Below, one piece after another: positions 32,255-42,367 of a stretch of DNA of 64,000 nucleotides. The first letter of the stretch is position 1. Each line of letters starts with the position of its first letter. Source of the stretch: Alphaproteobacteria bacterium (GTDB lineage Bacteria > Pseudomonadota > Alphaproteobacteria > SP197); the NCBI GenBank assembly GCA_964291265.2, contig OZ219747.1, positions 4,192,001 through 4,256,000 of the forward strand, written 5' to 3'. The notes beneath the pieces are model-generated. The model was not told the DNA's origin. It saw nothing but the letters and a program-made list of their open reading frames with translations, and did not search any database. The position numbers and the translations under genes are program-made.

Positions 32255-33496
32255 TCACCATGTCCAGGTTTCATCCATGGGGTAGGTATCCAGGCGTTCG
32301 TATCCGGTCTCGGTAACGAGAATCTGCTGTTCGAGCTTGACCGATTCGCGCCCACCCTCGGTGCCGACCAGTGATTCGACGCAGAGCACCATGCCCGGGT
32401 GAACGATGCCGTCATAGCCGCGTTCGGCGAAGTCCTCCCGGTGGGCAATGGCGGGATACTCGTCGACCAGGCCGACACCGTGGGCAATGATGCCATATCG
32501 GCTGGCGAGGAACTCTTCGGGGATGAGCCATGCGTTCTCGGCCCACTCCCGGAACGACAGTCCCGGTTTCAGCAGTTCCCTGTTGTGCTCGAGCTGTTCC
32601 ATGGCAGCCATGTAGAGCCGTTGCTGCTCGTTGGTGGGACGGGAATCGCAGATCCACGCCCGCGAGATGTCCGAACAGTAGCCGTAGGGTCCCACGAGAT
32701 CGGTGTCGAAACTCACCATGTCGCCCTTCTCGATCACCCTCATGGAGCACTCCTGCATCCAGGGGTTGGTGCGCGGCCCCGACGACAGAAGGCGGGTCTC
32801 GATCCATTCGCCGCCTTCGGCGATATTGGCCTCGTGCAGCTTTGCCCACAGGGCGTTTTCGGTGATGCCGGGCCGCAGGTTCTCGCGCATCGCGCGGATT
32901 CCCTTCTCGGATGCCTCGATGGCGCAGCGCATCAGGACGATTTCCTCGGGCGTCTTGATCTTGCGCGCCTCCTCCATCAGCGCAAATCCGTCATGGATGT
33001 CGAGATTCTCGTTGACGAGCGCGTGATGGAGGTCGGCGCCCATGCGGTCGATGCCGATTCGCCGATTGCCGGCCCCGTGCTCGCGCACCACGTCGGCGAT
33101 TTCCCGTGCACATTGCAGGGCATGTTCGGCGACCCGGCTACCGGACGTGAAGTATGTGGCCGCGCGGGCCGGCCGCCGCTCGCTGATTCCCGGATATCCC
33201 CGGGTGAGATGGTCGCCATGGCCGAACTCGAAGAGGATGACCGGACCGTCCGTCGCCACGAAGCAGTAGCGCACCTCGTTGTGCAGGCACCATACCTGCA
33301 TGTTGGTCGCATCGATGGCGTAGCGCACATTGAGCTGGTCGAAGAGCAGGACCCCGGCGAGGTCGCTGCGGGCGAGCTGGCGGTGAACGTTGGCAAGGCG
33401 GTCGCGCCGGACCTTGTCGAGATCGACTGGTGCCTCGCTGCCTTCCATGGCACCACGCTGCACGGCTTCGGCTGCCGAAATGCGAGAAGAGGTCAT
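32255..33496 (-). CDS. dddP: M24-fold enzyme, DddP-like DMSP lyase
   Basis: GGEWIETRLLSSGPRTNPW.QEC, FDTDLVG.YG, HGVGLVDEYP, VLCVE, KLEQQILVTE match the DddP clade as recalled; function not proven. Confidence 0.72.
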   Translation of the reverse strand: MTSSRISAAEAVQRGAMEGSEAPVDLDKVRRDRLANVHRQLARSDLAGVLLFDQLNVRYAIDATNMQVWCLHNEVRYCFVATDGPVILFEFGHGDHLTRGYPGISERRPARAATYFTSGSRVAEHALQCAREIADVVREHGAGNRRIGIDRMGADLHHALVNENLDIHDGFALMEEARKIKTPEEIVLMRCAIEASEKGIRAMRENLRPGITENALWAKLHEANIAEGGEWIETRLLSSGPRTNPWMQECSMRVIEKGDMVSFDTDLVGPYGYCSDISRAWICDSRPTNEQQRLYMAAMEQLEHNRELLKPGLSFREWAENAWLIPEEFLASRYGIIAHGVGLVDEYPAIAHREDFAERGYDGIVHPGMVLCVESLVGTEGGRESVKLEQQILVTETGYERLDTYPMDETWTW

Positions 33497-33533
33497 GTTG
33501 TCCGATCTCCCGTGCTGCCCCGAGGAGCAGTTG

Positions 33534-33609
<76 letters not shown>

Positions 33610-33674
33610 CCGTGATGGCAGCGAGCCCTTTCCTGAACCCGCACGTGATGCTGACCGTCTGCAAGGCCGAACCG

Positions 33675-33974
33675 TCAGCTGCCCGGCCTCTCCCAGCGGA
33701 AATTGTCCGCATAGGACTTCGGCCTGACCTTCCTGCTGCGTCTTTCGATCACGCTGTAGCTGATGCCATGGCGTTCCGCATAGGCCACGGCCGCATCGCG
33801 GGTCTCGAACCACAGTCTGATCTCGTCGGCCATCATGTCGGACGATCCTGTCCAGCCGGTCAGGGAGTCGACCGGTTTCGCTGCAGACGGGACGTACTCG
33901 AGAAGCCAGCGGCGGGTTCCGGCGCGTCCCGACTGCATGGCCGTCTTGGCCGGGCAGTAGATTCTCGCGGTCAT
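33675..33974 (-). CDS. ETC complex I subunit (NDUFS4-like)
   Basis: ARIYCPAKTAMQSG, LTGWTGSSD, KSYADNF. Confidence 0.92.
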   Translation of the reverse strand: MTARIYCPAKTAMQSGRAGTRRWLLEYVPSAAKPVDSLTGWTGSSDMMADEIRLWFETRDAAVAYAERHGISYSVIERRSRKVRPKSYADNFRWERPGS

Positions 33975-34006
33975 CGGCGTTTCCTCCGGAAAGGGCGGTC
34001 ATGATG

Positions 34007-34083
34007 TGGTCGGGGCGGCTGGATTCGAACCAGCGGCCCCCTGCTCCCAAAGCAGGTGCGCTACCGGACTGCGCCACGCCCCG
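34007..34083 (-). tRNA. tRNA-Pro(TGG)
   Basis: CGGGGCGTGGCGCAG...TTTGGGA loop...GGTTCGAATCC...CCA. Confidence 0.95.
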
Positions 34084-34117
34084 TACATCGCTTTCTTGGC
34101 CTTGACCGACAGCAACG

Positions 34118-35248
34118 TCAAGTGCCAGCCAATGTCTGCTCCAGGAGATCCCCCATGACTGCCGTGAGAGCCGCCTCGCCCCCGGCGTCGCCGCCGGCCT
34201 CGTGGAAGACCGATCGCTGGCGTTCCGCCGACGTTCCCCTGGAGGCGATCGTGCGGCTGTGTTCGACCTCGGCCCGGCAACCGAGGGCATGAGCGTCGTC
34301 GCCCACCAGCCCGATCAGTTCATCGAGGAGTTCCTCGAAGGGAACCAGCTTTCGCTTGCCGAAATCCACCAGTTCACTGCGCACGCCAAAACGCTGCGCC
34401 AGCCACCGGTTCTCCTCGACCAGGATGTTGGGGTACTCACGCCACGCCTGATTCGCCAGGCGCAGACGGAAGAGCATGCGCAGGATGCACTGGAAGAGTG
34501 CGGCCACGGCAAGGGCATCCTCGATATCGGGACAGACGTCGCAGATGCGCATCTCCAGTGTCGGGAACCGGGCGCTTGGACGCAGGTCCCACCAGATCTT
34601 GGTGCCGTCTTCAAGAAGGCCGGAACTCGTCATGTGCCGGACCAGGCGCTCGTACTCGGACCAACTCTGCAGCCTGTCGGGAAGGCCCGTGCGCGGCAGG
34701 CTGTCGAACACGGCGAGGCGGTAGGAACTGAGACCGGTATCGCGGCCCTGCCAGAAGGGCGACGACGTGGTCAGGCACAGAAGGTGTGGCAGGAAGTACT
34801 TTGCCTGGTTCATCAGGTCGATGCGTGTCTCCGCGTCATCGATTCCGATGTGGACATGCATGCCGCAAATCAGCAGTCGACGCGCCACCGCCTGATGGTC
34901 CCGCGCCAGACCCTCGTAGCGTTCCTTGGGGGTGTAGTCCTGTTCGCGCCAGTCGCCGAAGGGGTGCGTCGAACAGGCAACGGGAGCGAGCCCGTGGCGC
35001 CCGGCGATCCGCGCAACACCGCTTCTCAGACGCTTGAGTTCTTCGCGCGCGTCACCGATGCGGCGGCACACCTTCGTCTCGATCTCCACCTGTGCGCACA
35101 GAAATTCCGTCGTCACCTGTTCACCGAGTTCATCGACACACTCACCGATCAATGTCTCCGGCACATCGCGGGCGAGCGCACCGCTGGCAACGTCGACGAG
35201 GTGGTACTCCTCCTCGATGCCGATGGTGAAATCCGGGTCGGCGATCAT
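34118..35248 (-). CDS. Carboxylate-amine ligase (GCS2/YbdK family)
   Basis: FTIGIEEEY, ICGMHVHIG, SSPFWQG, WWDLRPSARFPTLEMRICD. Confidence 0.92.
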   Translation of the reverse strand: MIADPDFTIGIEEEYHLVDVASGALARDVPETLIGECVDELGEQVTTEFLCAQVEIETKVCRRIGDAREELKRLRSGVARIAGRHGLAPVACSTHPFGDWREQDYTPKERYEGLARDHQAVARRLLICGMHVHIGIDDAETRIDLMNQAKYFLPHLLCLTTSSPFWQGRDTGLSSYRLAVFDSLPRTGLPDRLQSWSEYERLVRHMTSSGLLEDGTKIWWDLRPSARFPTLEMRICDVCPDIEDALAVAALFQCILRMLFRLRLANQAWREYPNILVEENRWLAQRFGVRSELVDFGKRKLVPFEELLDELIGLVGDDAHALGCRAEVEHSRTIASRGTSAERQRSVFHEAGGDAGGEAALTAVMGDLLEQTLAGT

Positions 35249-35258
35249 CGGGGTCCCT

Positions 35259-36275
35259 TCAGTAGCCGAGTTCGGGTCGCACGACATTGCGAAGCCCTTC
35301 GCCCGCCACGAACCGACGCATGTTGTCGAAGAAGATGGCGAGAGTCGTCTCGACGTAGGTCTCGCCATCGTCGGCGGAGATGTGGGGCATCACCATCAGG
35401 TTGGGGGTCGTCCACAGGGGAGAGTCCGCCGGCAGGGGTTCCGGGTCGAAGACATCGAGTATGGCGCCCGAGAGATGACCGCTCTCCAGCAGCTCGACGA
35501 CCGCGTCATGGTCTACCGTGGCGGCACGGCCGATGTTGATGAGACCGGCGCCCGGTTTCAGGGCCTGAAGTCGGTTGCGGTCGATGAGCCCGACGGTCTC
35601 GGGCGTGGCTGGAACGCACACCAGAACATGATCGGCCTCGGGAAGGAGGGTGTCGAGGTCTCGAGACGTTCCCATCCTCTCCACCGAGGGATGGGGTCTT
35701 CCATGCCGGCTGATTCCGAGAACTCTCAATCCGGCGCCGTGCAGGCGGTCGGCTGCTCCACCTCCGAGGCTGCCGACGCCGACGATGAGCACCGTCGTCC
35801 CCTCCACCGGTGTCGCGTAGAGCGAGGTCCAGACCTTGCGGCGCTGGTTGGTGGCGATGGCGGGAATGCGGGAGTGCAGCATGAGAACGGCCATGAGGGC
35901 GAAGTCGCCTGCCTTCCTTGTCTGGGCGCCCTTGTTGTTGGTGACCAGCACACCTTCCGGAATCCAATCCATGGGGCAGAGATGCTCCACGCCGGCACCG
36001 ATGATGTGGATCCACTTGAGGTTGGGCGCCACCACCGCCAGGTTCTCCGTCGGCAGGTCCCAGCACATCAGGACCTCGGCCGTCCTCATTGCCTCGGCGA
36101 AGTTCTCGGTATCCCAGTCGATCGTGGTCAAGAGCCTGTGCTTCAGGTCGGGCCACGACTCCAGCGCCGCATCATAGCGCCTTCGCGTCGTGGTGAAGAC
36201 CGGTTCTGCCTCAGGCGTTGGCGGAAAGGTAGCGGGATGGGCGCGGTTGTTCTTGACGTGAACCCGGATCGTCAT
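35259..36275 (-). CDS. D-2-hydroxyacid dehydrogenase family protein
   Basis: GVGSLGG, INIGRA, LDVFDPEPLP, MPHIS. Confidence 0.9.
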   Translation of the reverse strand: MTIRVHVKNNRAHPATFPPTPEAEPVFTTTRRRYDAALESWPDLKHRLLTTIDWDTENFAEAMRTAEVLMCWDLPTENLAVVAPNLKWIHIIGAGVEHLCPMDWIPEGVLVTNNKGAQTRKAGDFALMAVLMLHSRIPAIATNQRRKVWTSLYATPVEGTTVLIVGVGSLGGGAADRLHGAGLRVLGISRHGRPHPSVERMGTSRDLDTLLPEADHVLVCVPATPETVGLIDRNRLQALKPGAGLINIGRAATVDHDAVVELLESGHLSGAILDVFDPEPLPADSPLWTTPNLMVMPHISADDGETYVETTLAIFFDNMRRFVAGEGLRNVVRPELGY

Positions 36276-37606
36276 GCCGGCAGCCCGTTCGCTTCCAGAT
36301 CCTTCAGTGCGGCGATGACATAAGCGTCCCGCTCGTCGGGCGCCAGGGACTCGGCGGCGAACTGGAGTTCCATCACCGCCATGCCGACACGCCTCAGGAA
36401 CGCTTGGTCGTCACCGTTGGCAGGGAGGCGCAGAACCGTGTCGCCACCGTAGGTTGGCACCGTCGAAGCCCACGTGGAGGTGACATGGGAAGGTTCGCCG
36501 CCCTCCTGTAGGGCGGCGACGATGTGGCGCATGCGGCGGCGGCAGAGGGTGATGCCGCGGTCACTGGGAACAAGGTTCTCACGGTCATGTTCCGTAATCG
36601 CACCCATGCCCTCGGTGGCCTCGGCATCTGCCGGAAAACGCTGACGTTCCTCGTACGGCCTGTCGAACAACTCCCCCTGTTCGATGAGCTCCGGTCCCCC
36701 GGACGTGTTGCAAGTCTCCGGGTCTCCGCGTTCGCCGAAGATCGCCCAGGCAAGGCAGGTGGTGTCGTGATCATCCACCGGCACCACCCAGCGGGCGAAG
36801 GACGTGCGGCCAAAGTAGCGCTGTCGTGTGCCATCGGCCGCAAATGCCGCTCCGGCCTGGGTGAAGTTCGGCAGGACGAGTTCATTGACGCGGACCCAGA
36901 CATTGTCGTCGACCCGCCTCGTCGCCGTACCGAGAAATCCCGAGGGTCTCTCGTAGAACTTCATCTCGCCAATCTCGCCGAAGCCGCGGCTGAACTGCTC
37001 GCGGCTCATGCGGGAATGAAGGAAGGCGGTGTGGAGCGGGTCGAGAATGGCGTCGAGAACCTGCAACCAGTTGCAGCGGAAGGGTGCCCTGTAGGGCACC
37101 AGGACGTGTCCCGGCATTTCCAGGGTGTCATAGACGGGAAAGTCCGGCACGTGTTCGGGAGGACCGAGATAGGCGAAGACCAACCCCTTGTACTCCTTCA
37201 CCGGATAGGAGCCGAGACGAATCGAGGATCGGATCCTCTCTTCCACGCCGTCCGGCTGGCCAGGCACCTCCAGGATGGTCCCGTCGATATCGAAGAGCCA
37301 GCCGTGGTAACAGCACCGGATGCCGCCATCCTCGCAGACGCCGAACTCCAGGGAGGCACGGCGATGCGGGCAGTTCCTGTGAACCAGTCCGTAACGCCCG
37401 CTCGTATCGCGAAACAGCACCAGGTCCTCACCGAGAATGCGTATGCGCCCCGGCATGCGCCCGACCTCCTCAGCCATGGCCACAGGATGCCAGTAGCGTC
37501 GCAGGTATTCGCCGGCCGGCGTTCCCGGACCGACACGGACCAGCAGTTCGTCATGACCTCCCGGGCCGGTGCGCCGGTATCCATCGAAGGGCACTGAAGT
37601 CATCAT
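36272..37606 (-). CDS. Rieske non-heme iron oxygenase alpha subunit (phthalate 4,5-dioxygenase-like)
   Basis: CPHRRASL..CCYHGW Rieske motif; NWLQ..D..DPLHTAFLH iron site. Confidence 0.9.
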   Translation of the reverse strand: MMTSVPFDGYRRTGPGGHDELLVRVGPGTPAGEYLRRYWHPVAMAEEVGRMPGRIRILGEDLVLFRDTSGRYGLVHRNCPHRRASLEFGVCEDGGIRCCYHGWLFDIDGTILEVPGQPDGVEERIRSSIRLGSYPVKEYKGLVFAYLGPPEHVPDFPVYDTLEMPGHVLVPYRAPFRCNWLQVLDAILDPLHTAFLHSRMSREQFSRGFGEIGEMKFYERPSGFLGTATRRVDDNVWVRVNELVLPNFTQAGAAFAADGTRQRYFGRTSFARWVVPVDDHDTTCLAWAIFGERGDPETCNTSGGPELIEQGELFDRPYEERQRFPADAEATEGMGAITEHDRENLVPSDRGITLCRRRMRHIVAALQEGGEPSHVTSTWASTVPTYGGDTVLRLPANGDDQAFLRRVGMAVMELQFAAESLAPDERDAYVIAALKDLEANGLPA

Positions 37607-37682
37607 GCAGAGGGCGACATTGACGTGTTCCGACCACCGATGATTCACCACGCCATCGTCGAATACAACCTTCCCTGGAGCA

Positions 37683-37711
37683 TTGACAGGGTGACAGCTC
37701 CGGGCTAGGTT
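37683..37711 (+). promoter_or_regulatory. Sigma70-type promoter of tRNA-Glu
   Basis: TTGACA (37683-37688), 17-bp spacer, TAGGTT (37706-37711). Confidence 0.65.
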
Positions 37712-37722
37712 GCGGTCACAGG

Positions 37723-37798
37723 GTCCCCATCGTCTAGCGGCCTAGGACATCGGCCTCTCACGCCGAAAACAGGGGTTCGAGTCCCCTTGGGGACGCCA
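37723..37798 (+). tRNA. tRNA-Glu(CTC)
   Basis: GTCCCCATCGTCTAG...CTCTCAC loop...GGTTCGAGTCCCC...GCCA. Confidence 0.95.
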
Positions 37799-38376
37799 CA
37801 AACAGCGGCCATGTGGCCGTCGGTCTCATGGCTGACATGATACCGATGCCAGCGGCGGAAGCAATCCCCGCCGATTCCACCCTTGGCCTGACGGCACCCA
37901 ACGCAACGGGAGCGCCGCACGAATCCGGAAATCTCAAGGGCAGGCAGGCCCCGCATTGACGTGCGGAAGCTGTTTGACACGAAGCCCATCCCTTTCTCGT
38001 GCGGCGCCCTTCTCGAAGGGGATTCGCAGGATGAATACGCAGGGAACCGAACCTGACAACACCACTCGCGGCATGCGGTGCAACACCCCTCAAGACACGT
38101 GCAGCGGCTCTCGCCGGCGTCTGTTTCGACGGGTTTCCCGACGGCGCCGCGCGTCAGGATCCTCCCGCCGCTCTCCACCGCGGGCGGCCTGGACTGCGGG
38201 CTCAAGCGGCACGCGGCAAGCCTGGTGCAGGGTTGTTCCGCTGACAGGCCAGCGTCACGACAAGCGCAATGGTGCCGCGACCTGATCAACCGCACTCGCT
38301 TCTCGATTGATCGCGTGGACGTGCCGGAAGAGCCTCGCATCCCTGTTTCCGGCATATGCCGCCTGCGGTGTCGGCG

Positions 38377-39228
38377 TCATTCGCTGATGGCAACCTGCAG
38401 GTTGCCCGCAACGGTCAGCGCACGTTTGGTGCCGATGTCGTGCAGGGCATCCAGCACGACACCGGCGAGGTGCGGATGGCGATTCGCGCATCGGCCGAGA
38501 AACACGATCACATCGTCATCCCAGACGGCCGCAACGGCCTCGATGACCTGCGGCGAGGGAGAACGCGAGAGTTCCCGGAGCAGGGGCTGGCGGGCTTGCG
38601 CGTCGCCGCGACGGCCGAGCGCGATACCGGCCAGACGGCGGATTCCGTCCGTCGGATCCTGCAGACCTTCCCGGAGACGGTCAATGGAAACGGCAGACCG
38701 AAGAGCGAGGCAGAACGCCGCACGGCGCACCGTGGCATCGTCATGGACAAGGAGCGGCTCGATGAACGTGGCAGGCAGGGCAAGTTCCGCCTGAACCGCC
38801 GCCTGCAACGCCGTGGGCAGGAGGGAACCGGGCAGTGTCCTTGACAGCACTATCCGCCTCAGCGCCGCATGTGGTGTCGCGCCGTCGAGCCGTGCGAGGG
38901 TGTCGATGACCGCCAGTTGCTGGCGATGCGGTTTGTTGGGACCGTATCCGGTGAAGTTCCGCCACAGTGCTTCAAGCGCCGGAACCGCCGCCGACAGGGA
39001 GCGTGCGACAATCTCGGAACACAGGGCATCGACATTCGACAGTCCAGCTCTTGGAAGCGCTTCAATCAGGTCCTCGTCCGTGAACTCCTCCAGGGGCGTC
39101 ACGGCCTCCGTCACAGGCGTGTCCGGAGCGTGACCGGACACGTCGTCATCGCGTGCGTCAAAGAGGTCCGGTTGAAAGGCAGGCGCATGCGGATCCGGAA
39201 ATCGCGATGAGGAGGGTGGCGGAGTCAT
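38377..39228 (-). CDS. HEAT-repeat-like hypothetical protein
   Basis: Helical repeats LLVHDDATVRRAA, LQDPTDGIRRLAGIALGRRGD. Confidence 0.7.
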   Translation of the reverse strand: MTPPPSSSRFPDPHAPAFQPDLFDARDDDVSGHAPDTPVTEAVTPLEEFTDEDLIEALPRAGLSNVDALCSEIVARSLSAAVPALEALWRNFTGYGPNKPHRQQLAVIDTLARLDGATPHAALRRIVLSRTLPGSLLPTALQAAVQAELALPATFIEPLLVHDDATVRRAAFCLALRSAVSIDRLREGLQDPTDGIRRLAGIALGRRGDAQARQPLLRELSRSPSPQVIEAVAAVWDDDVIVFLGRCANRHPHLAGVVLDALHDIGTKRALTVAGNLQVAISE

Positions 39229-40162
39229 CGTCGCGTCGACCTCAGGTGAGGCAACCGGACATCTGGAGACACTCCCTGACGGTGGTGTCCGCGAGCGCCG
39301 TGCGTCATCCCGTCACCGGCACGGCGCCTGCCCGGCGACACGACGATTGTCGCGGACATTCCGAATGGACTCCCGCACTGTGGCACAGCACGCATCGAGA
39401 GTGTGAAGGCAAAGAGTCGCATGAAGCGCCATGTGCCCTCTCTCGACACAGAAGGTCGGGATCAACCTGCCGGTCGCCTTGCGAACGCCGGTGCCTGCAG
39501 TGCACAGCGTACGATGGTTTCGGGTGCGCTCGAGAGCGTCGGCGCGACCGACCATCGGCTGGAAGATGTGTGTTTCCAGCACTGATTGCGCGATGCAGAA
39601 TTCCCGATCGTCGCCAGAGCCCGACAGAGCCTCGACCATCACGAGGTCTCCGGTGACAACTGCTTCCTTGTCGGGAATGCCGTCCGGAAGGGCCGCCGAT
39701 GCGGACCGGACAATCGACGGCCATCACCGGTCCCTCCGCCTCCCGTCGAAAAGGCCTTTCCAGTGGATCCGGCCACGCAAAGAGTGTACTCGGCCCTGTG
39801 GTCCCTGCCTGCATCAACAGGCGCTGGCCTTCCTCGACAGCTGTCTTCCCGACCCTGCATCCGCCCGATTCCATGACCTCCACCATATGAGTGTTGTCGA
39901 TGTCGATACACATTGTTGCTCTGGTCCGTCACGCTTTCCAGACCAGACCATGCACATTGCACGGCACTCACGAGGACTGTTCCGGGGCACCACCCTCATT
40001 CGGCTCTGTGGAGACGCGGGGTCGAGACCATGCGATGTACCGGCGCGTGGAGCGTTGGAGGCGTGGGGGCGTGCAGCCATCATCGTTCATGAGGCAGGAC
40101 TCAGCCTCCGGGCTTGAGGGCCGCGGAGGATTGCTGCACAAGGCGGAGGACGGCCCGGGAGG

Positions 40163-41281
40163 ATGCAACGGATGATCGGTTCCGCGCTCGAGACCCATTG
40201 CGCTCGCGTGGCCAGGGACGCTGCTTCCTGGGAAGGGACCAGACACTATCCCCTCGACGCGATGCGCGAGGCAGGCAGATCAGGGCTGACCGGCATGCTG
40301 ACGCCACGGGAGCAAGGCGGTCTCGGACTGACTCTGGGGGATGCCTGCGACATCGTCGCGCGATTGGCCGCCGAGGACTTCGGCCATGCCTTCGCTCTCA
40401 AGGTCCACGCCAACATGACGGCCAGCCTCGCCCGGTCCGCGAGGGAAGATCTCATCTCGCGCCATCTCGACGACCTCCTTCACGCAAGGCAAATTGGCGC
40501 CTTCCTCCTCACCGAGCCCGGTGCCGGCAGCGATGCGGCAGCCATCACCGCATCGGCGCGCCCCGACGGCGACCACTGGGTGCTGGAGGGAGAAAAGGCC
40601 TGGGTCACCAATGGCGTGGCTGCGGGAGTCCTGCTGGTCTTCCTGCAGACCAATCCATCCCAGGGGTGGCGTGGCGTCGCCGGATTCCTTGTCGACGCCG
40701 ACATCCCGGGCATTGCACGAACCGATCCCTACACGCTTCTCGGCGGCCATTCCGCCGGGCTGTGCGGATTCAGCTTTTCGTCGGCACGAGTGGATCAGGC
40801 AGCGATGATCCTCGCTCCCGGTGATGCCTTCCGGGCCGCGATGCGGGGCATCGATGCCGCGCGGACCGGGGTGGCCGCGATGTGCTGTGGCATGGTGGAG
40901 GCTGCCCTTGATCAGGCGCTCGATGCCGTGTCCTCCCGGGCCGCATTCGGCCGCATGATCGGTGATTTCCAGGGGGTGCAGTGGATGCTGGCCGATGTGG
41001 CAACGGAGCTCAGGGCGGCGCAATTGCTGACCCGCGATGCCGCCGCCGCCTTCGAGAGCGGCGAGGATGTCCAGGTGGCCTGTGCCCACGCCAAGAAGTT
41101 CGCCACACGGGTGGCCTGGAAAGCGATCAGCGACTGCATGCAGGTCATGGGCGCCCGGGGATTCCGTGGAGATGCCGGTGATTCCCTGACGCGCCATCTC
41201 GTCTGCGCCCGGATGGCCCAGTGGCTCGACGGCGCCACGGAGATTCAGAACGTCGTCATCGCCCGCAGCCTTGCGCGCTGA
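40163..41281 (+). CDS. Acyl-CoA dehydrogenase family protein
   Basis: LTEPGAGSD, GEKAWVTNG, FQGVQWMLAD, DGATEIQ. Confidence 0.92.
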   Translation: MQRMIGSALETHCARVARDAASWEGTRHYPLDAMREAGRSGLTGMLTPREQGGLGLTLGDACDIVARLAAEDFGHAFALKVHANMTASLARSAREDLISRHLDDLLHARQIGAFLLTEPGAGSDAAAITASARPDGDHWVLEGEKAWVTNGVAAGVLLVFLQTNPSQGWRGVAGFLVDADIPGIARTDPYTLLGGHSAGLCGFSFSSARVDQAAMILAPGDAFRAAMRGIDAARTGVAAMCCGMVEAALDQALDAVSSRAAFGRMIGDFQGVQWMLADVATELRAAQLLTRDAAAAFESGEDVQVACAHAKKFATRVAWKAISDCMQVMGARGFRGDAGDSLTRHLVCARMAQWLDGATEIQNVVIARSLAR

Positions 41282-41295
41282 GGGAAGTCGTCACG

Positions 41296-42258
41296 TCAAC
41301 CGGTGGCTCTCGCCTCTCTCACGGTGTCGCAAGTCAGCAGCGCCATGGCAGCCAGCAACACCGTGGCGGCGCCCCAGACCGACACGTCGTGACGCTCACC
41401 GAAGATGACGATGCCCCAGGCAATTCCGGCGAACAGGGAGGTGAACACGCAGAAATTGACCAGCACTCCGCCGGTCCTGTTGATGAGCCAGAAGTAGAGA
41501 ACGATCTCGACAAGGCCGATCAGGGAAAAGAGCACGATTCCAACCTCGGCCGTGGTCCATGCGAGTCCGGGCCATGGTTCACCGAACACGATGACAAGGG
41601 GCGCGACGAGTACCATGGCGGCTGCCGCCTCGCCAAATCCGACCTGCCAGATATCGAAACCTGCCGGCCAGCACCTGTCCACATAGATCGATTCGACGCC
41701 GTAACAGAGCGGCACGAGGCCAACCAGCAGCATCCATTCCAGGAGCCCCATTCCCGGCAGGGAAAGTTGTGGCACCAGCACCATGACGGCGGCGGTCATG
41801 CCCAGCACCACCGCCACCAGCCTGGTGCGCGACAGCCGCTCTGTCCGGGCGAGAATCGCTACGGCGATCGAGATCATCGGCGTGAAGCAGACTATCAACG
41901 TGATGACGCCTGCCGGCAGGTACGGTGCGGCGTGGAGCACAGCAGCCAGGGGCAGGGCATAGCCGAGAAACCCGGTGATGGCGAAGAACTCCAGGGACTT
42001 GGCCGTCAGGCAAATCGGGCGCCGGCGCACCAGGACAATCACGAAGTAGCTGAAGCTGATGAGAAACATGGCGATGACCAGCACCGTCAACTCGTCGTAG
42101 CCTCCCTCGGCTGCGAGTTTCAGCATCGCGAACTGGGCACCCCATGCGGTACCCTGAACGATGACAGCGAAGACGTAGACGAGTTGCTGCAAGAACCTGT
42201 GACCGCCGAGATCTCCTGGACGAGGGCGTGCTTGCCATGGCGGAAGGCGCATGACCAT
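41296..42258 (-). CDS. DMT/EamA family transporter
   Basis: About 10 hydrophobic segments; WG start of the EamA repeat; GIVIFGE. Confidence 0.85.
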   Translation of the reverse strand: MVMRLPPWQARPRPGDLGGHRFLQQLVYVFAVIVQGTAWGAQFAMLKLAAEGGYDELTVLVIAMFLISFSYFVIVLVRRRPICLTAKSLEFFAITGFLGYALPLAAVLHAAPYLPAGVITLIVCFTPMISIAVAILARTERLSRTRLVAVVLGMTAAVMVLVPQLSLPGMGLLEWMLLVGLVPLCYGVESIYVDRCWPAGFDIWQVGFGEAAAAMVLVAPLVIVFGEPWPGLAWTTAEVGIVLFSLIGLVEIVLYFWLINRTGGVLVNFCVFTSLFAGIAWGIVIFGERHDVSVWGAATVLLAAMALLTCDTVREARATG

Positions 42259-42367
42259 CCTGTCGGTCGTGTTGTCGCACCGGTGCCGCCGACACTCAAC
42301 ACCGGGGATGGATGTCGACCGGATCTCCAGCGATCCGGATCTGGAAGCAAGAGGAGACTGGAACCGC

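Noticed and set aside
39230-40160. Several short overlapping ORFs
   Set aside because: No recognisable family or consistent frame; probably decayed sequence.
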